From NCBI GenBank assembly GCA_023386635.1, contig JAEWJH010000110.1, positions 20,044 to 84,043 on the forward strand: 64,000 bases of DNA. The letters are read 5' to 3'. This DNA is from Pseudomonadota bacterium. Lineage in GTDB: Bacteria; Pseudomonadota; Alphaproteobacteria; Rhizobiales; Xanthobacteraceae. The notes beneath the pieces were generated by a model. That model was not told the DNA's origin and ran no database searches. It was given only the letters and a program-made list of their open reading frames with translations. Shown one piece after another: positions 19,533 through 29,406 of the stretch (its first letter is position 1; each line of letters opens with the position of its first letter). The translations under genes and the position numbers were made by a program.

Positions 19533-20967
19533 GACGCATCTCTAGCGGTCCATCCCGCGGCAAGGCAATGATACTCTTGAGTCCAGGGTTATTGTCCGAC
19601 AGGGTCAGCGCGCCGCCATGCAGGCGCGCCACCGCGGCGGCGAGACTGAGGCCCAATCCCGACCCCGGCAGGGAACGGCTCTGCTCCAGCCGGACAAACC
19701 GCTCGATCGCCCGGATGCGATCGGCTTCGGGAATGCCGGGGCCGCGATCCGCGACCGTCAGCAGCACCTGGCTGCCCTCGCTCTCCGCACGGATAACGAT
19801 ATCGGGCGACGATGTGCCCTCGCCCGCCGCCGCATCCGGCGTGTCGGGCCTGGTCTGCTGTGCGGAATATTTGATGGCATTGTCGACGAGATTGGCGAGC
19901 GCCTGGCTGATCAACTCGCGGTTGCCTTTCAGCGGCACCGGGGGCACCGCCTCGACCGCGAGCGCGATGCCTTTTTCGTCGGCCAGCGGCTCGTAAAGCT
20001 CGCCGATGCTGCGCGCCAGTTCGGCCGCATCGAGCTCGTTCATGTTGTCGCGCGCCTGACCGGATTCCGCGCGCGCGATCATCAGCAGGGCATCGAATGT
20101 GGAGATCAGCCGGTCGGATTCCTCGATGGTCTGCTCCAGCGCCGCACGATATTCGGTGTCGCTGTGCTCGCCGCGCAGCGCCTGCTCGCAGCGGTTGCGC
20201 AGACGCGTCAACGGCGTCTTCAAATCATGTGCGATATTGTCCGACACTTCTTTCAGGCCATGCATCAGCGCCTCGATGCGCTCGAGCATGATGTTGAGGT
20301 TGACCGCGAGCCGGTCGATCTCGTCGCCGGTGCCGGCGACCGGCAAGCGGCCAGAGAGATCGCCGGCCATGATGGTGCGCGACGTGTCGGTCATCGCATC
20401 GACGCGTCGCAAGACTCGCCGGGTCACGAACAGACCGCCGGCAAGGCCGAGCACGATCACCAGCGCGACCGACCAGCGCCCGGCCGCGACGATGATGTGA
20501 TAAAGCCGCTCGCGCTCTTCGAGGTCGCGGCCGACCAGCAGCCGAAAGCCGCCGGAGAGCTGAAACACCCGCACCAGCGCATGGTGCTCGGCGCCTTCGG
20601 TTTCCTCCTGCCGGCGATAGAGCGTCTCGGTCCAGCCCGGCTTGTCGAGCACGCCCGGCGTCAACGAACCGACATTGCCGGCCAAGGCCTCGCCCTGGAA
20701 CGTGGTGACCAGATAGAGGCTCGATCCCGGCCGCCGCGACCGCCCGTCGATCACCTGCACCAGCCGCCGGATGCCGCCCTGCCGATATTGCTCGGAGAGG
20801 CCGGTGATCTCGGCGTCGACCGTGTCGGTGATCTGTTCGGTGACGAGACGGCGGGTGTTGAGCGCGAAATAGCCGAGCAGAAACGCGGCAAACAGCGCGA
20901 AAACCGTCAGATAAACCAGCGTCAGCTTGAACGTGGTGGTGCGGAAAAGCTTACCGAGCGCCGTCAC
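19456..20967 (-). CDS. HAMP-domain sensor histidine kinase
   Basis: Two TM segments, a HAMP domain (IMAGDLSGRLPV), H-box VSDNIAHDLKTPLTRL, and GSGLGLSLAAAVARLHGG. Overlaps the response regulator stop, so the pair looks like an operon. Confidence 0.85.
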   Translation of the reverse strand: MTALGKLFRTTTFKLTLVYLTVFALFAAFLLGYFALNTRRLVTEQITDTVDAEITGLSEQYRQGGIRRLVQVIDGRSRRPGSSLYLVTTFQGEALAGNVGSLTPGVLDKPGWTETLYRRQEETEGAEHHALVRVFQLSGGFRLLVGRDLEERERLYHIIVAAGRWSVALVIVLGLAGGLFVTRRVLRRVDAMTDTSRTIMAGDLSGRLPVAGTGDEIDRLAVNLNIMLERIEALMHGLKEVSDNIAHDLKTPLTRLRNRCEQALRGEHSDTEYRAALEQTIEESDRLISTFDALLMIARAESGQARDNMNELDAAELARSIGELYEPLADEKGIALAVEAVPPVPLKGNRELISQALANLVDNAIKYSAQQTRPDTPDAAAGEGTSSPDIVIRAESEGSQVLLTVADRGPGIPEADRIRAIERFVRLEQSRSLPGSGLGLSLAAAVARLHGGALTLSDNNPGLKSIIALPRDGPLEMRHEPAAHDQQRDQQSADAADQRIVAG

Positions 20968-21631
20968 GGATCATGTACCCCGCGCCGCGCACCGTGTGCA
21001 GAAGCGGCTGGGCATAACCTTTATCGATTTTCGAGCGCAGGCGCGAGATGTGCACGTCGATGACGTTGGTCTGGGGGTCGAAATGGTAGTCCCAGACGTT
21101 CTCCAGCAGCATGGTGCGGGTCACCACCTGCCCGGCGTGCTTCATGAGATATTCCAGCAGGCGAAATTCGCGCGGCTGCAGCACGATCTCGCTGCCGCCA
21201 CGGGTCACGTTATGCGACAGGCGGTCGAGCTCGAGGTCGGCAACCTGATAGACGGTCTCCTCGGCACGGCCGCCGCGGCGGCGCGACAAAACCTCGACGC
21301 GGGCGAGCAGTTCGGAGAAGGAATAAGGCTTGGGCAGATAGTCGTCGCCGCCGGCGCGCAGGCCCTTGATCCGGTCGTCGACCTGGCCGAGCGCGGACAG
21401 GATCAGCACCGGCGTGTCGACCTTCTTGGCACGCAGCGCGCCGATCAGCGACAATCCGTCACGGCGCGGCAGCATGCGGTCGATGATCAGCACGTCGTAA
21501 TCGCCGTCGAGGCCGAGCGACAGCCCATCCTCGCCGTCGTGGGCGACATCGGCCACATGGCCGACCTCACGCAATGCCTTGACCAGATAATCTGCGGCAT
21601 CATGGTCGTCTTCGACGATCAGCAGGCGCAT
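20951..21631 (-). CDS. OmpR-family response regulator
   Basis: MRLLIVEDD receiver start, a phosphoacceptor region ending LIIDRMLP, and a C-terminal winged helix (LHTVRGAGYMI). Confidence 0.9.
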   Translation of the reverse strand: MRLLIVEDDHDAADYLVKALREVGHVADVAHDGEDGLSLGLDGDYDVLIIDRMLPRRDGLSLIGALRAKKVDTPVLILSALGQVDDRIKGLRAGGDDYLPKPYSFSELLARVEVLSRRRGGRAEETVYQVADLELDRLSHNVTRGGSEIVLQPREFRLLEYLMKHAGQVVTRTMLLENVWDYHFDPQTNVIDVHISRLRSKIDKGYAQPLLHTVRGAGYMIRDGAR

Positions 21632-21932
21632 GGCAGTCCGTTCGGGCTCAACATCGTCCGTCGCTCGTGCCGTAGCACGTTGCCGATCAATGTGTCCGGA
21701 CAAGGCCATCAAGTCCACCGTTCCCGAGGATCATCACAAAGCAAAAAGGAAGCAGAGAAAAACGAGGGGATGACGGTTGCCCGCCACCCCCTCGCTAGAC
21801 TCCTGCCCCAGCGGGGGCGACGAATGCCGGGTCAGGAGTATTGGAGGTGGGGACGGGTCGAAGACCCGCCCCCCAGGGGCGCCACGCCGGCGGGGGCGAC
21901 GGATGCCAGCGAAACGTCCCTATCGCGAAACA

Positions 21933-23474
21933 TCAGGCGCGGCCGAGCGGAACCGCGACGAACTTGGTGCCCTGCTCGGATTTGACCCGCATCAGCACGC
22001 TGCGCTTGCCGTTGTTGCGCACATCGGCGAGTACCTTGCGCACGTCCGACGGCGAGGAGACCGACTGGCCGCCGACCTCGACGATCACGTCGCCGGTCTT
22101 GAAGCCGTGTTCGGCAGCGACACCGTCTGGATCGACGCCGGTGACGACAACGCCGTCACCCGAGGCAGCGCCGGCCACGCGGCCCGCGGGGGCCAGCGTC
22201 AGGCCGAGCTTGCCCACATCCGCACCGCCGCGGTCGTTGCCGATATCGGCGCGCGCCTGCTGCTGGTTCGGCAGTTCGCCGAGCGTCAAGGACACGGTCT
22301 TCTCGTTCCCCTTGTCGAACACACCGAGCTTCACCGTGGTGTTCGGCGCCAATCCGCCGATCTTCTTGGCGAGATCGCGCGCATCCTTCACCGGATTGCC
22401 GTCGACCGAAGTGATCACGTCACCCGCCTTGATGCCGGCCTTCACCGCCGGACTATTTGCTTGCGGTTCCGCGACCAGCGCGCCGTTGACCGACTTGAGG
22501 CCGAGGCTGTCGGCGATCTCCGGCGTCACCGGCTGGATCTGCACGCCGATCCATCCGCGCGTCACCGTGCCATGCTCCTTGAGCTGTGCGACGACGGACT
22601 TCACCGTGTCGGACGGGATCGCGAAGGCGATACCGACCGAACCACCGGACGGCGAGAAGATCGCCGTGTTGACGCCGATCACGTTGCCTTCCGTATCGAA
22701 GGTCGGGCCACCGGAGTTGCCCTTGTTCACAGGCGCGTCGATCTGGATGAAGTCGTCATAGGCGCTGGCGCCGATGTCACGGCCACGGGCCGAGACGATA
22801 CCGGCCGTCACCGTGCCGCCGAGGCCGAACGGGTTGCCGACCGCGATCACCCAGTCGCCGATACGCGGCGCCCCGTCAGCGAGCTTGACGAACGGGAAGT
22901 CACCGCCCTCAACCTTGATCAGCGCGAGATCGGTGCGCGGATCGGTGCCAATGACTTTCGCGTTGTGAATCTTGCCGTCGTCGGTCGTGACCTGCACGCT
23001 TTCGGCCTTGTCGACGACGTGGTTGTTGGTCACGGCGTAGCCGTCAGCGGAGATGAAGAAGCCCGAGCCCTGACCCATGGCGAAATGACGCTTGCCGGGA
23101 CGGCCGCCGCCCTGCCCGGGCATGTCGCCATCGGGCGTGCCGAAGCGGCGGAAGAATTCGCGCAGACCCGGCGGGATCTGGCGCTCGTCACCATTGAAGC
23201 TGAAGCTGGAGGACTGCGGACCTTCGTCCACCTTGACGCGAACCGACATTACCGCCGGCTTCACCTTCTCGACGATATCGGCAAAGCCGACCGGCGCCTG
23301 AACCTTGTGCGCCTGCGCGGTGAGGTTTTGCGCCAGCGCGGATTCGCCCTGCGGCATGAAGGCCGGCTGAACGACCACGGCCGCTGTGCCGAGACCGAGA
23401 ATGGTGGTTCCGAGGAGGATAAGGCGGCGCGCCGACAAACGGCTGCGCGGCGCGGGATTTACGCTCTGGGTCAT
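21933..23474 (-). CDS. degP: Do/DegP-family periplasmic serine endoprotease
   Basis: GNSGGP catalytic Ser motif, a trypsin-like domain and two PDZ-like regions. Start at ATG 23474 (MTQSVNP) precedes the signal sequence. Confidence 0.9.
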   Translation of the reverse strand: MTQSVNPAPRSRLSARRLILLGTTILGLGTAAVVVQPAFMPQGESALAQNLTAQAHKVQAPVGFADIVEKVKPAVMSVRVKVDEGPQSSSFSFNGDERQIPPGLREFFRRFGTPDGDMPGQGGGRPGKRHFAMGQGSGFFISADGYAVTNNHVVDKAESVQVTTDDGKIHNAKVIGTDPRTDLALIKVEGGDFPFVKLADGAPRIGDWVIAVGNPFGLGGTVTAGIVSARGRDIGASAYDDFIQIDAPVNKGNSGGPTFDTEGNVIGVNTAIFSPSGGSVGIAFAIPSDTVKSVVAQLKEHGTVTRGWIGVQIQPVTPEIADSLGLKSVNGALVAEPQANSPAVKAGIKAGDVITSVDGNPVKDARDLAKKIGGLAPNTTVKLGVFDKGNEKTVSLTLGELPNQQQARADIGNDRGGADVGKLGLTLAPAGRVAGAASGDGVVVTGVDPDGVAAEHGFKTGDVIVEVGGQSVSSPSDVRKVLADVRNNGKRSVLMRVKSEQGTKFVAVPLGRA

Positions 23475-23566
23475 GACGGGAAATCTCCAACTTCGAAATT
23501 CGGGTGGTGCATGCAGCACCGTTACCGAAGAAGATGGAGATGTCCGTGTTACAGCACCCTGACCGG

Positions 23567-23588
23567 CGGATTAAACATTGGTAATCCG
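23567..23588. promoter_or_regulatory. inverted repeat upstream of degP
   Basis: CGGATTA-N8-TAATCCG lies in the ccmH-degP intergenic region, about 95 nt upstream of the degP start. Confidence 0.3.
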
Positions 23589-23614
23589 CGCGGTCCAGCA
23601 TTTCGATTGAAATA

Positions 23615-24067
23615 TCAGCGGTTTAAGTCGTCGACTCGCGCCTGTTCCGCGGCGCTCAGGGGTGCGATGGGCAGGTCCCTGGGTCGGCGGCGCATCCAAA
23701 GCCCTAATCCGGTACCCGCAATGAGCAGCACCAGCAGCGGCGTGAACCACAACAGCATCGTCTGCGCGGTCAACGGCGGCTTGAGCAGCACGAAGTCGCC
23801 ATAGCGCGCGACGAGGAAGTCGATCACCTGCTTGTCGCTGTCGCCCGCGGTCAGCCGCTCACGCACCAGGATGCGCAGATCGCGCGCCAGCGGCGCGTCG
23901 GAATCGTCGATCGACTGGTTCTGGCACACCATGCAACGCAGATCGCGCGACAATGTCCGTGCGCGCGCTTCGAGCGCCGGATCTTTCAGCACTTCATCGG
24001 GCTGCACGGCGAAGGCGGGACCACACAGCGCAAGAATGAAAAATAAAATGCGTACGGCGCTGGTCAT
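23615..24067 (-). CDS. ccmH: cytochrome c-type biogenesis protein CcmH (CycL)
   Basis: LRCMVCQNQSIDDSDAPLA contains the conserved CxxC motif of CcmH. Signal peptide plus a C-terminal TM segment. Confidence 0.9.
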   Translation of the reverse strand: MTSAVRILFFILALCGPAFAVQPDEVLKDPALEARARTLSRDLRCMVCQNQSIDDSDAPLARDLRILVRERLTAGDSDKQVIDFLVARYGDFVLLKPPLTAQTMLLWFTPLLVLLIAGTGLGLWMRRRPRDLPIAPLSAAEQARVDDLNR

Positions 24068-24075
24068 CTCTCACT

Positions 24076-24179
24076 CCTCACCCTGAGGAGGCCGCATCGC
24101 GGCCGTCTCGAAGGGCGAGGCCCTTATGTCCCCCTCATCCTTCGAGACGCGATCCTACAGATCGCTCCTCAGGATGAGG
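24076..24179. repeat. REP-like composite palindromic element (family A)
   Basis: Two hairpin-forming units, CCTCACCCTGAGGAGG...CGTCTCGAAGGGCGAGG and CCTCATCCTTCGAGACGCGATCC..GATCGCTCCTCAGGATGAGG. A near-identical inverted copy lies at 46591..46709. Confidence 0.8.
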
Positions 24180-24184
24180 ACATC

Positions 24185-26170
24185 CTACTCCGCCGGTTGC
24201 GCTTCCAGCGCAACCTTGGTGCGTCGGCGTGGCGCGCCGACGCGCAGCCGGCGATCACTCAGCGACAACAGGCCGCCGAACACCATCACCACCGCGCCGA
24301 GCCAGATCAGCAGCACCAGCGGCTTGTCGTAGATGCGCACCGCGATCGACCCGTCGGAATTGCTGTCGCCCAGCGACACATAAAGCTGGCTCGCGCCATG
24401 GGTCATCAGCGCGGCTTCGGTCGTCGTCATGCTGCGCGTGGCGAAGGTGCGCTTCGACGGCTCCAGCACCGCCACCTGCGTCCCGCCGCGCCGCACGACA
24501 AACCGCGTCGCCACCTCGCGATAGTTCGGCCCGGTCTTCGGCACCATGCCGTCGAAGGTGAGATCGTAGCCGGCGATGGAAACCGACTGACCGGGGCGCA
24601 GCGACACGATCCGCTCGCTGTTCCAGGTGGTCTCGCACACCACGCCCAACAGCGTCATGCCAATGCCGAAATGCGCGAACGCCGTGCCCCAGGCAGAGCG
24701 CGGCAGCCCGAGCGCACGCCGCGCGGCGATCGCCGGGCCGACGCTGCGCAACGCGCTGCGCTCGACGATATCCGTGACCGCACCGGCCATGGCGAACATG
24801 GCGAGCCCGATGCCGAACGGCGCCAGCACCGCTTTCACACCCGCGAGCGCAAACGTAACGGCGACGCCGATCACCGCGATGGCGCACGCCGCCATCAGCC
24901 GCTGCGCCACCGCGAACAGATCGCCGCGCTTCCACGCGAGCAGCGGCCCCATCGGCATTGCGATCAGGATCGGAATGAACAGCGGCGCGAAGGTGAGATT
25001 GAAGAACGGCGGGCCGACCGAGATTTTCTCGCCAGTCAAAGCCTCGAGCGCCAGTGGATACAGCGTGCCGACGAACACTGTCGCGCAGGCCGTGGTCAGG
25101 AACAGATTGTTGAACACCAGCGCGCCTTCGCGCGAGATCGGCGCGAAGATCCCGCCCTGCCGCAGCGTCGGCGCACGCCACGCGAACAGCGTCAGGCTGC
25201 CGCCGATGAACAGCGTCAGAATGGCGAGGATGAACACGCCACGGCTCGGATCGCTGGCGAACGTATGCACCGATGTCAGAACGCCGGAGCGCACCAGGAA
25301 GGTGCCGATCAGCGACAGCGAGAACGCGAGGATCGCGAGCAGCACGGTCCACACTTTCAGTGCGTCGCGCTTTTCCATCACCACGGCGGAGTGGAGCAGC
25401 GCCGTGCCGGCGAGCCAGGGCATCAGCGAGGCATTCTCGACCGGATCCCGGAACCACCAGCCGCCCCAGCCGAGTTCGTAATAGGCCCAGTAGGAACCCA
25501 TGGCGATGCCGAGCGTCAGCGCCATCCACGCCGCGAGCGTCCACGGCCGCACCCATCGCGCCCAGGCCGCATCGATCCGGCCTTCGATCAGCGCCGCGAC
25601 CGCGAACGAGAACGCGATCGAGAAGCCGACATAGCCGAGATAAAGCAGCGGCGGATGCACCGCGAGGCCGAAGTCCTGCAGGATCGGGTTGAGGTCCCGC
25701 CCCTCGAACGGCGGATCGGCGATGCGCAGGAACGGATTCGAGGTCAGCAGAATGAAAAGATAGAACGCCACCGCGACCCATGACTGCACCGCGAGCACGT
25801 CGGCGCGCAGCACGTCCGGCAGATTGCGGCCGAAAATCGCGACCGCCGCGCCAAAGAGCGCGAGGATCAACACCCACAACAGCATCGAGCCTTCGTGGTT
25901 ACCCCACACGCTCGTCATCTTGTAGATGAGCGGCATCAGCGAATGCGAATTCTCGTAGACATTCACCACCGAGAAATCGGACGTCACGTAGCTTGCGGTC
26001 AGCGCCGCGAACGACAGCGCGACGAAGGCGAATTGCGCCAGCGCCGTTATCGGGGCCGTCTGCATCAAGGTCGCATCGCGCCAGCGTGCGCCGACCATCG
26101 GCACGACCGCCTGGAACAGCGCGAGCGCCAGCGCCAGCACCAGCGCGTAATGTCCTGCCTCGGGGATCAT
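24185..26170 (-). CDS. ccmF: heme lyase CcmF (CycK)
   Basis: 661-aa polytopic protein with the WGGWWFWDPVEN-type WWD motif ([14 protein letters not shown]). Confidence 0.95.
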   Translation of the reverse strand: MIPEAGHYALVLALALALFQAVVPMVGARWRDATLMQTAPITALAQFAFVALSFAALTASYVTSDFSVVNVYENSHSLMPLIYKMTSVWGNHEGSMLLWVLILALFGAAVAIFGRNLPDVLRADVLAVQSWVAVAFYLFILLTSNPFLRIADPPFEGRDLNPILQDFGLAVHPPLLYLGYVGFSIAFSFAVAALIEGRIDAAWARWVRPWTLAAWMALTLGIAMGSYWAYYELGWGGWWFRDPVENASLMPWLAGTALLHSAVVMEKRDALKVWTVLLAILAFSLSLIGTFLVRSGVLTSVHTFASDPSRGVFILAILTLFIGGSLTLFAWRAPTLRQGGIFAPISREGALVFNNLFLTTACATVFVGTLYPLALEALTGEKISVGPPFFNLTFAPLFIPILIAMPMGPLLAWKRGDLFAVAQRLMAACAIAVIGVAVTFALAGVKAVLAPFGIGLAMFAMAGAVTDIVERSALRSVGPAIAARRALGLPRSAWGTAFAHFGIGMTLLGVVCETTWNSERIVSLRPGQSVSIAGYDLTFDGMVPKTGPNYREVATRFVVRRGGTQVAVLEPSKRTFATRSMTTTEAALMTHGASQLYVSLGDSNSDGSIAVRIYDKPLVLLIWLGAVVMVFGGLLSLSDRRLRVGAPRRRTKVALEAQPAE

Positions 26171-26664
26171 TTGCGCGGCTCCGCGTTCGCCGCACCGCCA
26201 GCCTTCCCGCCCACTTTCTCGCCTTTGCCTTCGTTCTCCTGCCAGCGGCCCTGTTTCTTGAGCGCATCGGCGACTTCGCGCGGCATGTAGTTCTCGTCAT
26301 GCTTGGCGAGAATGCTGTCGGCCTTGAACGTATGCCCCGGCTCGATCCGGCCTTCGGCGACGACGCCCTGCCCCTCGCGGAACAGGTCCGGCACGATGCC
26401 CTGATAGCTCACCGGAATGTCGTTGGCGCCGTCGGTCACGACGAAGCGGATCTGCAGATTATCGCCGCGCACCAGCGAGCCGTCCTTGACCATGCCGCCG
26501 AGGCGGATGCGCGTGCCGGTCTGAATATGCTTCTCGACCACATCACTCGGCGAGTTGAAGAACACGATGGAGTCGCGCATGGCGTTGAGCACGAGCCCGA
26601 CGGCAAGCGCCAGCACGGCAAGTCCGCAACCGATCATCACCAGCCGGCGTTGCTTGCGGGTCAT
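26167..26664 (-). CDS. ccmE: cytochrome c maturation heme chaperone CcmE (CycJ)
   Basis: [10 protein letters not shown] anchor and an OB-fold (RLGGMV..GS). The heme-binding His region is [10 protein letters not shown]. Confidence 0.95.
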   Translation of the reverse strand: MTRKQRRLVMIGCGLAVLALAVGLVLNAMRDSIVFFNSPSDVVEKHIQTGTRIRLGGMVKDGSLVRGDNLQIRFVVTDGANDIPVSYQGIVPDLFREGQGVVAEGRIEPGHTFKADSILAKHDENYMPREVADALKKQGRWQENEGKGEKVGGKAGGAANAEPRK

Positions 26665-26685
26665 GATAACGCTTCCTGCACGCGC

Positions 26686-27840
26686 TTAGCCATCGATACC
26701 CAGTCCCTTCGCCAGTTCGTCGATGCGGCGCAGCTTGTCCGCGTCGCTCGCAAGCGCCCGCTTCGCCTCGGCCGTCGCGGCGACCGCCTTGTCGCGCTCG
26801 CCCAGCACCACATAAGCGCGCATCAGCCGGAGCCAACCGTCGACATCGGCGCCATCGGTTTTCAGACGATCCGCCAGCCGCGACACCATGCCGGACACCA
26901 TCTCCTGACGCTGTTGCGGCGTCAGTGTGGCAGCGGCCGCCATGTCGTCGGCGCTCGGCCCTGGCTGTGTGGACGATACGGCAGGCGCTGTCGCGGATTT
27001 TTGTTCTGGCGCAACCTCGGCCGCGCCGATCCGCGCCAGCGCTTCGCGCACGCTCTGCGTCCACGGCGCATCGGCCGGCGCCCCGGCGAGCATTCCGCGC
27101 CAAATGGTGGCCGCTTCGTCGCGCTTGCCGTCCTGTTCGGCGGCAAGGCCGAGATAGAATTTGGCCTTGAGCAGTTGGGGATCGAGCGCCACCGCCCGAT
27201 CGAACGCCTGCCGCGCCTCGGCGGTGACGATGCCGTTGGCCGCCGCCACCTTGGCCTCGCCGAGATCGGCCTGTCGCGCCGCCGTCTCGCCGTTGAGCGC
27301 CAGCGCGCGGGCGCGCGCCTTCACCGCGTCGTCGTAGCGGCCAAGCCGCAGATAGACCGGCGCCAGCACTTCCCAGCCGCGGCCGTCGTCGGGATTGCGC
27401 TCGATATGCGCCTCGACCTGCGACACCAGTGACGCCACCGATTGCGACGCCGACGGCGCATTGGCCCGGCCGGCAAGCGGCGCGGCCGGCACGTCGGGCG
27501 AGCCGAGCGTGGCATAAAGCCCCACCGCGGCGGCGGGCAGCAGCACCAGCGCGGCGATCGCCGCGAGGCGCCGGCGCAGCGTCGAACTGGAAAGCGGCGC
27601 CGCGCTTGTCTCGCGGTCGGCGGCGCGCAGCAGCCGGCGGGAAATTTCGATGCGGGCCGTCTCCGCGTCGGTTTTGGAAATCAGGCCCGCCGCCGCGTCA
27701 CGGTCGATTTCCGCGAGCTGGTCGCGATAGACCGCCACGTCGTGTCCGCCGGCGGCCGGCGCGCGCCGGCGACCGAGCGGCCACAGCAGGGCGAAGACCG
27801 CCGCGGCGGTCATCAGCGCGAAAACGAACCAGAGCGTCAT
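26686..27840 (-). CDS. ccmI: cytochrome c-type biogenesis protein CcmI (CycH)
   Basis: N-terminal TM pair (MTLWFVFALMTAAAVFALLWPL) and a TPR-rich periplasmic domain, positioned upstream of ccmE/F/H. Confidence 0.85.
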   Translation of the reverse strand: MTLWFVFALMTAAAVFALLWPLGRRRAPAAGGHDVAVYRDQLAEIDRDAAAGLISKTDAETARIEISRRLLRAADRETSAAPLSSSTLRRRLAAIAALVLLPAAAVGLYATLGSPDVPAAPLAGRANAPSASQSVASLVSQVEAHIERNPDDGRGWEVLAPVYLRLGRYDDAVKARARALALNGETAARQADLGEAKVAAANGIVTAEARQAFDRAVALDPQLLKAKFYLGLAAEQDGKRDEAATIWRGMLAGAPADAPWTQSVREALARIGAAEVAPEQKSATAPAVSSTQPGPSADDMAAAATLTPQQRQEMVSGMVSRLADRLKTDGADVDGWLRLMRAYVVLGERDKAVAATAEAKRALASDADKLRRIDELAKGLGIDG

Positions 27841-27924
27841 GCGCAGGGGTAAAACACGCCGGCCCTGCGCCCGCAACAAGGCTTGTGGTCACAAATGCGG
27901 GGGAAAGAGAAAGACCGGGAAACC

Positions 27925-29331
27925 TCAGGACGCCCGGCGCTCCGGGGCGCCGCGAGCGGGCGCCGGCTCCTGACCGAACACCTTGTCGCACAACCGTGTC
28001 GCCACAGCGAGCTGTGCGCGCAGCTTGGCCCGCTCCTCGCCGTCCACATGCCGCACGGCTTCCTGCAGGCCGCGCACGGTCGCGTCGAGATAATGACGCA
28101 TTTCGAGGAAAGTGCGCATCGACAGTTCGTTGATCGCCAGTTCGCCGGCAAAAGCCCGGCAGGCGATCACCACGTCGACCAGACTTTCCACATGCGCCAC
28201 CTCGTCGGCATCGAGGGTGGCAGCGATGGCGTCGCTCGGCTTGCCCTTCTCGACGCGGGGCTTTGCGCGCAGCAGGCGACGCACGACGCCGGGCGCGGAT
28301 TCCAGTTCCGACTTGAGCAGATCGGCGATCTGCGTGCGCGCCGCGCCGTATTGCTTGCCCCAGGGGGATTCCACCGGCAGCGCGAGTTCGGTGCGCAAGC
28401 CGCGCGCGGTATCGTGCACAGCCTTGAGCAGCGCCGTCACCGACACCGCGCGGCCGCCACGCAATTGCGTGCGCAGCTCGCGCGTCAGCCGTTCCATCTC
28501 GCAGAGCGTGATGTTGACGGCGACGGCATAAGGCGTTTCCGCGACCCGCGCGGCGGCATCGCTGCGCGCCGCATCGACCGCGAGCCGCACGATCTGCCAC
28601 GGCGCCGACAGCCGCGACATGACCAGCACCAGCGCGAACGGAAACAGGCCGGGCTGGCCCTTCACCGCGTTATCGACGGCGGCCCGCACGGAATGCAGCG
28701 TGGAATCGGACAATTGCTCGATATGGCCGGGAAGCTGCGCCGCCAGCGCATCGAGGCGATCCTGCGCGCCGTAGATCTGCACCAGCACCTCGACGTCCTC
28801 GACCGCACGGGGCGTGCTGATCTTGGCGAAGAACCGCCAGCGCAGGCGCTCGTCGTCGGGGAGCGTCGCCATCGCGGCACGCAGCCGCGTTGCGAATTGC
28901 GCCTGAAAGTCGCGCGCGTATTTGGCCGCGCCGGTCTGGTCGCCGGCAAGCAGCGCGGCATTGGCCGCGTCTTCATAGGCTTTGGTTTCGGCGGGCATCA
29001 GGTCTTGACTGAGCCAGCGCCAGATCGGCGCCAGCGCCGTGCGCGCGATGCGGCCCGGATGCGCCTGGGTCGGCTGATCGTCGACGAGAAACGGCTCGAG
29101 CGAGGCGAAGAACAGCCGGCTGGGATTGCCCATCCGCGCCGGGCGCTCATCTTCGGCGAAGATGCGCCGCAGTTCCCGCAACACCAGTGCGCCGCCGGGA
29201 ACGCCGCCGCCCTCCAGCAGCCCGCGCTCCAGACAACCGATCAGCTTCGCCCGTTCGGCGGGCGTCAGATCGCGCAGGAATTTCTGCAGGTGTTCGACGG
29301 TGGTGCCGCCGGCCGCCATGTGCTGCCCCAT
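27925..29331 (-). CDS. conserved hypothetical all-alpha protein (468 aa)
   Basis: Balanced amino-acid composition and high GC3, unlike the Arg-rich mirror ORF 27883..29379 on the plus strand. I recognised no motif. Confidence 0.6.
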   Translation of the reverse strand: MGQHMAAGGTTVEHLQKFLRDLTPAERAKLIGCLERGLLEGGGVPGGALVLRELRRIFAEDERPARMGNPSRLFFASLEPFLVDDQPTQAHPGRIARTALAPIWRWLSQDLMPAETKAYEDAANAALLAGDQTGAAKYARDFQAQFATRLRAAMATLPDDERLRWRFFAKISTPRAVEDVEVLVQIYGAQDRLDALAAQLPGHIEQLSDSTLHSVRAAVDNAVKGQPGLFPFALVLVMSRLSAPWQIVRLAVDAARSDAAARVAETPYAVAVNITLCEMERLTRELRTQLRGGRAVSVTALLKAVHDTARGLRTELALPVESPWGKQYGAARTQIADLLKSELESAPGVVRRLLRAKPRVEKGKPSDAIAATLDADEVAHVESLVDVVIACRAFAGELAINELSMRTFLEMRHYLDATVRGLQEAVRHVDGEERAKLRAQLAVATRLCDKVFGQEPAPARGAPERRAS

Positions 29332-29406
29332 GAGCCCACCCCGAGGGCTAACCTCAGGGTGGTATCATGGGCGCATTAAGAAGGTATTTAGCGTGTGAGT
29401 TCCGCG

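Noticed and set aside
21777-23804. 675-aa plus-strand ORF over degP
   Set aside because: It is antisense to DegP (GNSGGP, PDZ domains) and also runs across intergenic DNA. It is an artefact.
24197-25877. Several 500+ aa alternative-frame ORFs over ccmF
   Set aside because: ccmF (WWD motif, polytopic) explains the region. The alternatives are Arg/Pro-rich artefacts.
27883-29379. 498-aa plus-strand ORF mirroring the 468-aa hypothetical gene
   Set aside because: Of the two mirror ORFs, the plus one is strongly Arg-rich with homopolymeric runs. The minus one has balanced composition and sits in operon orientation with ccmI.
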